NCBI RefSeq assembly: GCF_001545095.1
Contig: NZ_CP013213.1
Coordinates: 2,400,001 to 2,432,000, forward strand
Direction of reading: 5' to 3'
DNA: 32,000 nt
Origin: Erysipelothrix larvae
GTDB taxonomy: Bacteria; Bacillota_I; Bacilli_A; Erysipelotrichales; Erysipelotrichaceae
Each line of letters begins with the position of its first letter. The stretch's first letter is position 1. The notes below the pieces were generated by a model. The model ran no database searches. It saw only the letters and a list, made by a program, of their open reading frames with translations, and was not told where the DNA came from. Position numbers and translations under genes: made by a program. This document shows positions 1 through 7,285 of this stretch, one piece after another.

Positions 1-1028
1 TCTTGACCAAATATAATCGAGTCAGAAATGAGTTTATAGTTTCGTGAGGCACAACCAGAACGTTCGATAATAGACCCGTCAGGTTTGACCACAACAAACT
101 TAAGTGGCGCACTGTTATTGCACGTACTTGTGTTTTTCGTATCAAGTTTACTCAACATAAATGTGTTGTTGTAGACACTGATGTTTGTAAAGTAATCCGT
201 TGCGATTAATTCAACATCGAGTACCTTAACTTCTTTAGTATCCAGGTTTACAATTTCCCATTTTGGATCGGTGTTCATATCTCTTAAATACATAAAATAC
301 ACAGTTCCATTTGATACAAAGAATTGATGGAAAGCAGATGTTTTCTTTCCTTCCAACAGCATTGTTCGATTATTTCCTGATATAGCATAAACATTTTGTG
401 CGACATCATAGTAGTTCTCACGATCGATTTCAGTATCATAATTATCAATCACATATAAAACTCCGTCCACAACAACAATTGGAGTTCTCGAATATACCTC
501 ATCATGGTATGTATAGATCTTTTTCATGCCTTGATTTGTTGATTCCCAGATGGCCTTAATTCTTTCGTCCATTCCAACAAAGTCTGGATCATACTCAATG
601 TAATAGCGATCATTCTCAGAGTTATCCACATACTTCATTTGAGTTAATCCATCACCAGGATTTTGTTTTGACACTTCAGATTTTGTGACTTGAATATTTT
701 CGATATTATTCAATACAAACTCAATTGAAATGAGTTCATCTTCATATACTTCAGTCTTAACTTCTTCAAAAATATCATTAAATATCAGTGGTTTAGAGAC
801 TGTCTTTAAGATATCATTTTGTAAGACAAACGCCTGTGCTGTAACACTTGTATTTATCACGATAACATACAGTGCAAATGATGCCATAACAGTTGAGAGT
901 GATCCAAATACACGTTTTCTTCTTTTTTTGCGTTGCATGGTTTCAATAGCACCATCGATAAGAGCATCAATATTTCGATTTGATTTTTCATCAAGCATTT
1001 TTGTATACCCTTCTATGTTTTTATTCAT
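1..1028 (-). CDS. membrane-anchored putative anti-sigma factor; 3' end runs off the window
   Basis: Missing from the ORF track because it has no stop inside the window. My minus-strand translation from the ATG at 1028 stays open to base 1: MNKNIEGYTKMLDEKSNRNIDALIDGAIETMQRKKRRKRVFGSLSTVMASFALYVIVINTSV... This gives a short cytoplasmic N-terminus, a basic patch, one TM helix, and more than 270 aa outside the membrane. The ATG overlaps the sigma stop codon (ATGAATAA), which suggests translational coupling. The anti-sigma role is inferred from position and topology only. Confidence 0.55.
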   Translation of the reverse strand, partial: MNKNIEGYTKMLDEKSNRNIDALIDGAIETMQRKKRRKRVFGSLSTVMASFALYVIVINTSVTAQAFVLQNDILKTVSKPLIFNDIFEEVKTEVYEDELISIEFVLNNIENIQVTKSEVSKQNPGDGLTQMKYVDNSENDRYYIEYDPDFVGMDERIKAIWESTNQGMKKIYTYHDEVYSRTPIVVVDGVLYVIDNYDTEIDRENYYDVAQNVYAISGNNRTMLLEGKKTSAFHQFFVSNGTVYFMYLRDMNTDPKWEIVNLDTKEVKVLDVELIATDYFTNISVYNNTFMLSKLDTKNTSTCNNSAPLKFVVVKPDGSIIERSGCASRNYKLISDSIIFGQ

Positions 1029-1506
1029 ACAGATCGTGCATCTCCTTTCGTAAAATATCCAGTGCCCTATAATAGTCCGTTTTCACCGTGTTTTCTTTCA
1101 ACCCTAAAACACGTGCAATCATCGCAAACGTATAATCATTCAATGTCTTCAACGTCACAATTTCGCGTTGAGGTGATTTCAATTGATTAATATATTCATA
1201 AACAAAAGTGAAATCCTCTGGTTCTGAAACAGCTATTCTATCTTCTTCCAATTCATAGACTGGCTTATGCTTCATTAATTCTGTTTTGCATTCATTAATC
1301 AAGATCCGAATTATCCATGTTTTGAGATATTCGGGTTTCCTCACCTTTTTACGATATTTATAAACGCGATAGATGGTTTCACTGATGACATCATCAACAG
1401 TTGCATCATCTTGTATATACGAGTATGCGATTTTCAGCAATTCACTTGATATTGATTTCAAGTATTCAGCCAATGCATCATCGTTTTTTAATACCCTTCG
1501 GTCCAT
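1021..1506 (-). CDS. sigma-70 family (ECF-like, regions 2 and 4 only) RNA polymerase sigma factor
   Basis: 161 aa. Region 2-like segment: EYLKTWIIRILINECKTELMKHK. Region 4 HTH: REIVTLKTLNDYTFAMIARVLGLKENTVKTDYYRALDILRKEM. The SD is weak. Confidence 0.85.
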   Translation of the reverse strand: MDRRVLKNDDALAEYLKSISSELLKIAYSYIQDDATVDDVISETIYRVYKYRKKVRKPEYLKTWIIRILINECKTELMKHKPVYELEEDRIAVSEPEDFTFVYEYINQLKSPQREIVTLKTLNDYTFAMIARVLGLKENTVKTDYYRALDILRKEMHDLYE

Positions 1507-1633
1507 AGTCTCTGTCGTACGATATACTTGAACGTTAGTCCTTCAATCATACATCCCCTTTCACATATTAGAATGGCTTGACAGGGCGAATAGTTTCAAC
1601 ATTCGTAATTATTCTCTAGATCATCCCATTACA

Positions 1634-1676
1634 TTAAAAAATGTGCCCTCTTTGATATCAGTGTAGCACATTTTTA
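1634..1676 (-). terminator. rho-independent terminator after the lipoprotein operon (A-run/T-run flanked, so possibly bidirectional)
   Basis: The stem aaaaatgtgc (1637-1646) pairs with gcacattttt (1666-1675) around a 19-nt loop. The minus-strand RNA ends ...GCACAUUUUUUAAUG. Confidence 0.55.
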
Positions 1677-1764
1677 AAGTCCATATTTTTTTGGTTTGGT
1701 TCAAATACGCATCATTGGTTCAATTCAGTGAAATTCATTTACCATGACACGCAATTTGAATCTC

Positions 1765-2574
1765 TTATGGGTTTCTACTTACATGATCAAGTTCAATCAC
1801 ACGTTGACTCGCAATTGCTTTATCACCCATGGGATTTGCTATCGAAATTTCTTCAAACACAACAACATCATAGCTACTGTAATAAAACGCGTCAATGAGT
1901 GTTCGATTTTGAGTTATTGACCCTTGTGAATCAATACGCTTTTGTATGACCATGATATACGCCCCCTCTACGGTATAGTGACTGATATTACTTAAGTCCA
2001 CACGTTTTAGGATTGTATTGTCTTCATTGAACTCGATGGATTCGACGGATACCAAAGCATTCACAAACGAGGCATTGATATTCAATTCATAGGTTACACC
2101 CTCTGCAGTGTAAGATAGTGTTTTTTTCATTCCTACCTGTCCATTAGTATTCTTGATAGGTTCAATAATCCGTGTTCCATCTGTTTCTTCCAAGATCGAG
2201 TAAAATCGGTAGATAACGAAATCACCCACCATTCCGTTCACATCTATGTCAGCAAAGAATTGAATTTTTGTTCTTTGGTCATTGTCATAATGGACCCAAG
2301 TCGACGTATTTTTAAATCCACTGTCTGCATTCGCAACAATACCTTTATTGATAAACTGTTGGGGTGTTCGGTTTTCACTATCGAAATAATCCCAATCAAT
2401 TAAGAAGTATGTAAAATTCTCTGTGTCAAATGTTACAGGCAGGGTCGGTTCTTCAAGCCTTTCAAAATATAATCCAAACCCTACCAACTTTCTTTGGTCA
2501 ATTGTCGTGTTTTGAATCATTGAACAACCACTGAGCACAACCATGAGTATGAGTACAAATAACCGTCGTTTCAT
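1765..2574 (-). CDS. hypothetical lipoprotein (paralog B)
   Basis: 269 aa. Signal peptide with lipobox: MKRRLFVLILMVVLSGC-S. I recognise no domain. It shares motifs with the upstream lipoprotein (see findings). Confidence 0.7.
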   Translation of the reverse strand: MKRRLFVLILMVVLSGCSMIQNTTIDQRKLVGFGLYFERLEEPTLPVTFDTENFTYFLIDWDYFDSENRTPQQFINKGIVANADSGFKNTSTWVHYDNDQRTKIQFFADIDVNGMVGDFVIYRFYSILEETDGTRIIEPIKNTNGQVGMKKTLSYTAEGVTYELNINASFVNALVSVESIEFNEDNTILKRVDLSNISHYTVEGAYIMVIQKRIDSQGSITQNRTLIDAFYYSSYDVVVFEEISIANPMGDKAIASQRVIELDHVSRNP

Positions 2575-3342
2575 TTACAAACCCTCCCGATAAATTTTGA
2601 TTGATTTTAGCTTAGCGACAACGTCATCCCCTTCGAAGTAAGGAAAAGTAAACACTTCAAATTCACCAATTCTTCGATCGTTTGGACTGTAAACATTGCG
2701 CTCTATGTATAAGGTTGAATCGAATGTAATACGTGTCATTTCAATAACAATGTATCCTGTTTTCAAATCAATTTCATTCAGCGTAAATCCATCAACTCTT
2801 TGGACGAGTTGATTGTTGTCGTCAAAATAGAGAATATCAATTGATTTAAGGGGGTCTGAATAGCGAATGTTTGCGCGTAAGTCTAGGTTACTTCGCTCAC
2901 CATCGGTATTTAACACATCACTAAACGACCGAACCAATGCACCACCTGGCTCTCCAAAAGCAATGCTTGTTTGATTGATACTACGAAACGACTGTTTATT
3001 GTCTTTATCTTGTACAATAACACCTCCGCATAATCCAGGAGATTGCTTTGATCGTCTTAAAAAGAGAACCGTATCCATTCTTAAGGTTTGCTGATCATCC
3101 TCGATACTAATTTCTGTAGATTCAACCATAAACCGCGTACTTTCATCAAGGGAAACAAAACCTCCAGGGAACTCAAAGAAGAAGACATCTCCCTCAGTTA
3201 GCGCGATATCTCTACACCCATTGTCAGTGCCTAGTTTGATTCCAAATCCAACTTGATCAAGGGATTCATTGGATCCATCCAAAACCATTGAACAACCAGT
3301 TAGCGTGATAATTAGTATCAGTCCACTTATTATTTTTTTCAT
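2575..3342 (-). CDS. hypothetical lipoprotein (paralog A)
   Basis: 255 aa. Signal peptide with lipobox: MKKIISGLILIITLTGC-S. Its stop at 2575 directly abuts the start of the next gene at 2574. Its start overlaps the HTH gene by 4 nt. Confidence 0.7.
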   Translation of the reverse strand: MKKIISGLILIITLTGCSMVLDGSNESLDQVGFGIKLGTDNGCRDIALTEGDVFFFEFPGGFVSLDESTRFMVESTEISIEDDQQTLRMDTVLFLRRSKQSPGLCGGVIVQDKDNKQSFRSINQTSIAFGEPGGALVRSFSDVLNTDGERSNLDLRANIRYSDPLKSIDILYFDDNNQLVQRVDGFTLNEIDLKTGYIVIEMTRITFDSTLYIERNVYSPNDRRIGEFEVFTFPYFEGDDVVAKLKSIKIYREGL

Positions 3343-3560
3343 AATTCCTCTCCCAATTCTCCGTCAAATTCTAAGATATCTTTTACATCGCAATCCAAGT
3401 AATAACAAATTCGATTTAATGTTTGAAATCGAACCCCTTTAACTGATCCTGTTCTCAGCAGAGACATGTTCGCTTCTGTAATCCCAACTTTCTCGCATAG
3501 TTCTTTGGATGTCATATTAGAGCGCTTGAGTACATCATCGAGTTTTACATGTATTCCCAT
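3339..3560 (-). CDS. small XRE/Cro-type HTH transcriptional regulator, YozG-like (COG3655-type)
   Basis: 73 aa. HTH segment: MTSKELCEKVGITEANMSLLRTG. The tail VRFQTLNRICYYLDCDVKDILEF is typical of the mini-HTH proteins that pair with DUF2975 membrane proteins. Confidence 0.85.
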   Translation of the reverse strand: MGIHVKLDDVLKRSNMTSKELCEKVGITEANMSLLRTGSVKGVRFQTLNRICYYLDCDVKDILEFDGELGEEL

Positions 3561-3568
3561 AGTGCCTC

Positions 3569-4498
3569 CTAAACAAATTGTTTGTTTTCTTCTTCAATCG
3601 CAAATGATTGTGCTAATACACGTGCGGAAATATAGGTAAATATTGCGATTCCCATCTCTGTGAGTGGTAACTCAAACTCAAAGTGCGTATTTATGAGTGT
3701 AGCCATTAGAAACAGCTTAAAGCAATAGATTGCAATTGTACTCACGATACTGAAGTTAAGCAGATCACGTGCACGCTTAGAAATTGATGCAAACTGATGT
3801 ACTAAATCAATGCTGATTCCCTGTTTGAGATAATCGATGATACTGATTGCGGTGGCATCAATAAGTCCAATGAGCAATAAGGTTCGTATTGCGAAAACTA
3901 TCTGGGATGGTATCTCTACGAGAATATCCGCGCCGTCTCCCACAGAAACACTCGAAATGTTTGCACAACTAAATGCCCCAACTAGTAAGCACGTACCTGA
4001 TAGAACATAACGCACATATTGTTTTGATATGAATTTGAACCCTTCTTGTTTCTGAACAATCACGACACCATTCCATAGAATAAAAAATAGAATGATGATG
4101 GTTATCGCACCCTGTATCATTAAGCGAATATTCTCAAGATTTGCAATTCCTACACGTATAAGTTCTGGATTGATAAAGAAATTATTTAACGTACCATAGG
4201 TGGCAAAGAGTAACAACAGGGTGAAGGTAATGTTGATGTTCCTAAGTGTTCTATTCTTTGTTTTATCCAAGACCCTTAATAGGATAATTGGTATAAAAGA
4301 GACAAAAAAGTAAAGAATCCAGGCACATGTTTGCATCAGTTTCCCTTGTGATGATAATTGTCTAAGTATCTGAATATATCCTTGGTATGGGAATATGAAG
4401 AGCTTGAATAATACATCTGTTGATCCATATAACCGAACCAGTGCAAAGCATCCAACAAACCCAAACAGATACCACAATGTAAAGTGTGTCTTCTTCAT
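3569..4498 (-). CDS. polytopic membrane protein, DUF2975-like C-terminal half with an N-terminal extension
   Basis: I moved the start to the ATG at 4498 (MKKTHFTLWYLF...), which follows AGGAGGGG at 4506-4513. The track start at 4564 has no SD. About 8 hydrophobic segments. The C-terminus ...LAQSFAIEEENKQFV resembles the acidic EE..(L/F)(T/V)(I/V) tail I associate with DUF2975 (YoaS-like) proteins. It sits immediately upstream of a YozG-like HTH, as in the yoaS-yozG pair. Confidence 0.65.
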   Translation of the reverse strand: MKKTHFTLWYLFGFVGCFALVRLYGSTDVLFKLFIFPYQGYIQILRQLSSQGKLMQTCAWILYFFVSFIPIILLRVLDKTKNRTLRNINITFTLLLLFATYGTLNNFFINPELIRVGIANLENIRLMIQGAITIIILFFILWNGVVIVQKQEGFKFISKQYVRYVLSGTCLLVGAFSCANISSVSVGDGADILVEIPSQIVFAIRTLLLIGLIDATAISIIDYLKQGISIDLVHQFASISKRARDLLNFSIVSTIAIYCFKLFLMATLINTHFEFELPLTEMGIAIFTYISARVLAQSFAIEEENKQFV

Positions 4499-4514
4499 GA
4501 TATAACCCCTCCTG

Positions 4515-4533
4515 ATTATTGTAAAACAATAAT
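4515..4533 (-). promoter_or_regulatory. perfect 19-bp palindrome ATTATTGT-AAA-ACAATAAT; candidate operator (site 1, between the -10 and the RBS)
   Basis: Read directly from the sequence; the arms are exact reverse complements. It lies between the predicted -10 (4544-4549) and the SD (4506-4513). Confidence 0.45.
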
Positions 4534-4543
4534 TCTTATCTAT

Positions 4544-4571
4544 ACTATAGCACAAAATTATCATAAAACAA
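4544..4571 (-). promoter_or_regulatory. candidate sigma-A promoter of the DUF2975-like/HTH/lipoprotein operon
   Basis: Minus strand reads TTGTTT (4571-4566), a 16-nt spacer ending in TGc, then TATAGT (4549-4544). The extended -10 is TGcTATAGT. Confidence 0.5.
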
Positions 4572-4575
4572 TAAT
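4557..4575 (-). promoter_or_regulatory. second copy of the 19-bp operator-like palindrome (ATTATCAT-AAA-ACAATAAT), overlapping the -35
   Basis: 17 of 19 positions match site 1. The start-to-start distance is 42 bp, about 4 helical turns. Confidence 0.45.
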
Positions 4576-4612
4576 TTTTCTATATTTCTTAAGATTAGCT
4601 TGCTCTTAATAC

Positions 4613-4649
4613 AAAAAAACACAGATTCAATCCTTTGATGAAATCTATG
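4613..4649 (-). terminator. candidate rho-independent terminator downstream of araR
   Basis: Minus-strand RNA: CAUAGAUUU-(12-nt loop)-GAAUCUGUG followed by UUUUUUUG. The stem is 9 bp and includes 2 G-U pairs that form only on the minus strand. Confidence 0.45.
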
Positions 4650-4769
4650 TTTATAATAACTAATATGAATACGGCTCAGCACTTTTTGCCAAACCAAAGA
4701 ACCTATTTTAATCTGAATTGACATCCGTATTGAGACAATCACAGTAATAGGTCCTCGATATAATCCTAC

Positions 4770-5849
4770 TTATTCTTCATTTAACGCTTTGACACTACCT
4801 TTTGCTACTACATCACCATGATAAAGAATTGACTTCATTTCGTAACCAGGATTCTCGATGAGTTGAATCATGCTTGAAGCTGCTTCTTTTCCAAGTTTTG
4901 CCTTAGGATGATTGACAGAGTCAAGTTTCACTTCCGTCATAGTACTCAATACAGAGTTATCATAACTGATTATTGAGAGATCATCGGGAACTTTTATTCC
5001 ATATTGCCATGTAAGTTTGAGTACTTCAATGGCTACAGAATCGTTATAGCAGACCAATCCTGTGATTCTTTTATCTCGTATCATTTCCGCAACTTCTTCA
5101 GCCATTACTTTATCAAATGTTTCTGTTTCATACATGATGACATTTTTACTGTTATAAGGGATATCAAACTCTGAGCATGCCTTTATATATCCCTTTAAGC
5201 GTTCTTTTCCTTGGCGATCATCTGCTTTAAAAATACCACCAATTTTATAATGATTATTATCAATCAAACACTTCGTAGATTCATACCCCGCAGTTAAGTC
5301 ATCGAGTGCTATTAACGGAAAATCTAATTCATCATATTTTGCATTTATCATGATTATTGGTATTCCAAGTTCACTCATTTGCATATATAACCCAATATTT
5401 GGATTATAATGAGCACTTTTTGTGGGTTCAACAATCAGGCCATCCACATTCCTGTTCATCATGAGTTGAATTGCTTGCTCTTCCACACTAATATCATTAT
5501 TAGTGCTTGCGAGAATCATAGAATATCCAGCCATTGTGAGTTCTTTCTCAATTCCTCTAATAATCGTTGGGAATATGTAGTCAGAAAAATATGTAGTGAT
5601 AACGCCAATTTCCTTTACGTTTCTCTTTTCTTTTTGGTCCGACACAAAAGATCCAGCACCCTGTTCCTTAACAATGACTCCCTCATACTCTAATCTATTT
5701 AACGCTGATCTGACTGTATGTCTGCTTACAGAAAACTGTTTTTGGAAATCTAGTTCGGATGGCAAACGATCTCCGGGTTTTAATTTTTTTTCTTCAATAA
5801 GCTTAATTATCTCTTTTTGCACAAATTCATGTTTAGTTTTATATTCCAT
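4770..5849 (-). CDS. araR: arabinose-metabolism repressor AraR (GntR-type wHTH fused to a LacI/PBP-type sugar-binding domain)
   Basis: 359 aa. N-terminal segment PGDRLPSELDFQKQFSVSRHTVRSALNRLEYEGVIVKEQGAGSFV is a GntR-type HTH. The rest (VITTYFSDYIFPTIIRGIE...STNN...DGLIVEPTKSA...GIFKADDRQGKERLKGYI...CYND) closely tracks B. subtilis AraR as I recall it. It sits next to the ara genes, and AraR boxes are present. Confidence 0.88.
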   Translation of the reverse strand: MEYKTKHEFVQKEIIKLIEEKKLKPGDRLPSELDFQKQFSVSRHTVRSALNRLEYEGVIVKEQGAGSFVSDQKEKRNVKEIGVITTYFSDYIFPTIIRGIEKELTMAGYSMILASTNNDISVEEQAIQLMMNRNVDGLIVEPTKSAHYNPNIGLYMQMSELGIPIIMINAKYDELDFPLIALDDLTAGYESTKCLIDNNHYKIGGIFKADDRQGKERLKGYIKACSEFDIPYNSKNVIMYETETFDKVMAEEVAEMIRDKRITGLVCYNDSVAIEVLKLTWQYGIKVPDDLSIISYDNSVLSTMTEVKLDSVNHPKAKLGKEAASSMIQLIENPGYEMKSILYHGDVVAKGSVKALNEE

Positions 5850-5926
5850 ACATCCCTCAAGTTCCCCCTTCTACCACAACAAAACCTTTCTATAACTATT
5901 TTATTGACGCAATCTAGTCTATGTGT

Positions 5927-5954
5927 ATTTTATCACGACTTGAAATTAAAACAA
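5927..5954 (-). promoter_or_regulatory. candidate araR promoter
   Basis: Minus strand reads TTGTTT (5954-5949), a 16-nt spacer, then TAAAAT (5932-5927), with the extended -10 TGaTAAAAT. I found no convincing AraR box here. Confidence 0.35.
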
Positions 5955-6044
5955 AGTTAGATGTCTTCAAGTTGTTGATTAAAACTATGATATGCCTTTA
6001 TTCTTCCATACTTAGTATTAATAATCTATACATTCCTAAATTAG

Positions 6045-6083
6045 AAAAAAGGACGCTACATGAGAAATTCCGTCACTACGCCC
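6045..6083 (-). terminator. weak candidate terminator after the ABC permease (end of the ara operon)
   Basis: Minus-strand RNA: GGGCGU...(long loop)...GCGUCC followed by UUUUUU. The stem is only 6 bp and includes 2 G-U pairs. Confidence 0.3.
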
Positions 6084-6095
6084 TTTAACTTTTAC

Positions 6096-7283
6096 TTAAT
6101 GTGCACGTTTGCGGTTAATAACATCAAGAGCTACAGCAAGCAACAGAACTGCTCCTTTTATCGCTTGTTGAACATCTGATCCAACGCCCATTAATGACAT
6201 ACCATTATTCAGAACCGCCATTACGAGGCCCCCAACTATCGATCCCATTATTTTTCCAATACCACCACTAGCAGATGCCCCACCAATATAACATGCTGCA
6301 ATCGCATCAAGTTCGAAGCCTGTTCCAGCTTGTGGAGTTGATGCATTTAAACGTGATACAAAGATAAGCCCGGATACTGCTGCAAGAAGACCCATGTTTG
6401 TAAATGCCAGTATCGTAATCTTCTTAGCTTTAATCCCCGATAGAGTCGCAGCTTTCATATTTCCCCCAATAGCGTAGATGTGCCGACCTAATTTTGTATG
6501 GCTCATTATAAAATGATAAATTAAGGCTAATGCTAAAAGTATGGTAATGATAATTGGAACCCCTTTATAGTTCGCTAGAATATAACTGAATCCCATTATA
6601 ATTGCAGATAATGCGATCAACTTTGGAATGAATCTTGCTTTTGATTCAACATCTATCCCATATGATATCTTTTTTGCACGAGATCTAAACTGTAATACAA
6701 ATAATACAATAACACCCACTAAACCAAAGATTAAAGGGTTAGCTTTTAATCCAGCAATTTCTGGTAAAAATTCAGGAACAAATTTTGTACTGAATATTTG
6801 GAAATTTGATGGTAGTGGAGCAATTGTTTTTCCTTGTAAGATAACCATCGTAATACCGCGATATAACAGCTGTCCTGATAAAGTAACAATAAACGAAGGA
6901 ACACCAACAATCGCTACCCAGAATCCTTGGAACGCTCCAATTAACGATCCTGCTAATAGGCAAATAAGTATCGCAGGAATAATCGGAACATTCATACGAA
7001 CCATAAGTGTTCCTGCCAACGCACCAACCACAGCTACAATCGACCCTACAGAAAGATCCGTGTGATTCAATACAATTAAAACCAGCATACCAATTGCGAG
7101 AACAAGTATGTATGAGTTTTGCAGGAATATATTAGTAATATTCAGTGGTTTCATGAGTAGCCCATTCGTAATTATTTGGAATACTATCATAATCATTACT
7201 AAGATGATTGTCATACTATTTTTTCTAAAGAACTTCAGCCCTTTATCTAACAATCCACTCTCTTTTTTTTCAATGTTTTCCAT
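6096..7283 (-). CDS. CUT2-family sugar ABC transporter permease (GguB/AraH/XylH-like)
   Basis: 395 aa and highly hydrophobic. Typical branched-sugar permease features: ...GGNMKAATLSGI... and the C-terminal GG(A/T)S..GG.G. The SD AAAGAGGA lies inside the end of the ATPase gene. Confidence 0.9.
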   Translation of the reverse strand: MENIEKKESGLLDKGLKFFRKNSMTIILVMIMIVFQIITNGLLMKPLNITNIFLQNSYILVLAIGMLVLIVLNHTDLSVGSIVAVVGALAGTLMVRMNVPIIPAILICLLAGSLIGAFQGFWVAIVGVPSFIVTLSGQLLYRGITMVILQGKTIAPLPSNFQIFSTKFVPEFLPEIAGLKANPLIFGLVGVIVLFVLQFRSRAKKISYGIDVESKARFIPKLIALSAIIMGFSYILANYKGVPIIITILLALALIYHFIMSHTKLGRHIYAIGGNMKAATLSGIKAKKITILAFTNMGLLAAVSGLIFVSRLNASTPQAGTGFELDAIAACYIGGASASGGIGKIMGSIVGGLVMAVLNNGMSLMGVGSDVQQAIKGAVLLLAVALDVINRKRAH

Positions 7284-7285
7284 AC

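Noticed and set aside
730-1053. Plus-strand 107-aa ORF from the track
   Set aside because: It lies entirely antisense to the longer open minus-strand frame (1-1028), which has a start coupled to the sigma gene and a sensible membrane topology. The product is Ser/Ile/Phe-rich and low in complexity, and there is no SD.
1578-1598. TTGACA on the plus strand (1578-1583) and TGAAAC on the minus strand (1598-1593), considered as a promoter -35 and an ECF -35
   Set aside because: The plus-strand TTGACA has no properly spaced -10 and no downstream plus-strand gene. The minus-strand TGAAAC is not followed by a CGT-type ECF -10 at 16-17 nt. The sigma operon promoter therefore remains unassigned.
4499-4564. 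N-terminal extensions implied by the ORF track: 4564, 11579, 12261, 18206, 20431, 23419, 25494, 29394, 31123
   Set aside because: In each case an internal ATG preceded by a good SD at 5-9 nt gives a protein whose N-terminus matches the family. The extended starts lack an SD, use non-ATG codons, or overlap neighbouring genes or regulatory elements.
4545-4742. 65-aa minus-strand ORF between araR and the membrane protein
   Set aside because: It spans the terminator, promoter and operator region, has no SD, and overlaps only the unsupported N-terminal extension of the next gene. The composition looks like translated AT-rich spacer.
5409-5895. Plus-strand ORFs 5409-5693 and 5596-5895
   Set aside because: They are shadow frames antisense to araR, whose homology is unambiguous.
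5903-5913. ATTGACGCAAT palindrome upstream of araR as a possible AraR autoregulatory box
   Set aside because: It shares only TTG..CAA with the TTGTACGTACAA-type boxes found at the two ara promoters, and it is shorter. I cannot support it as an operator.
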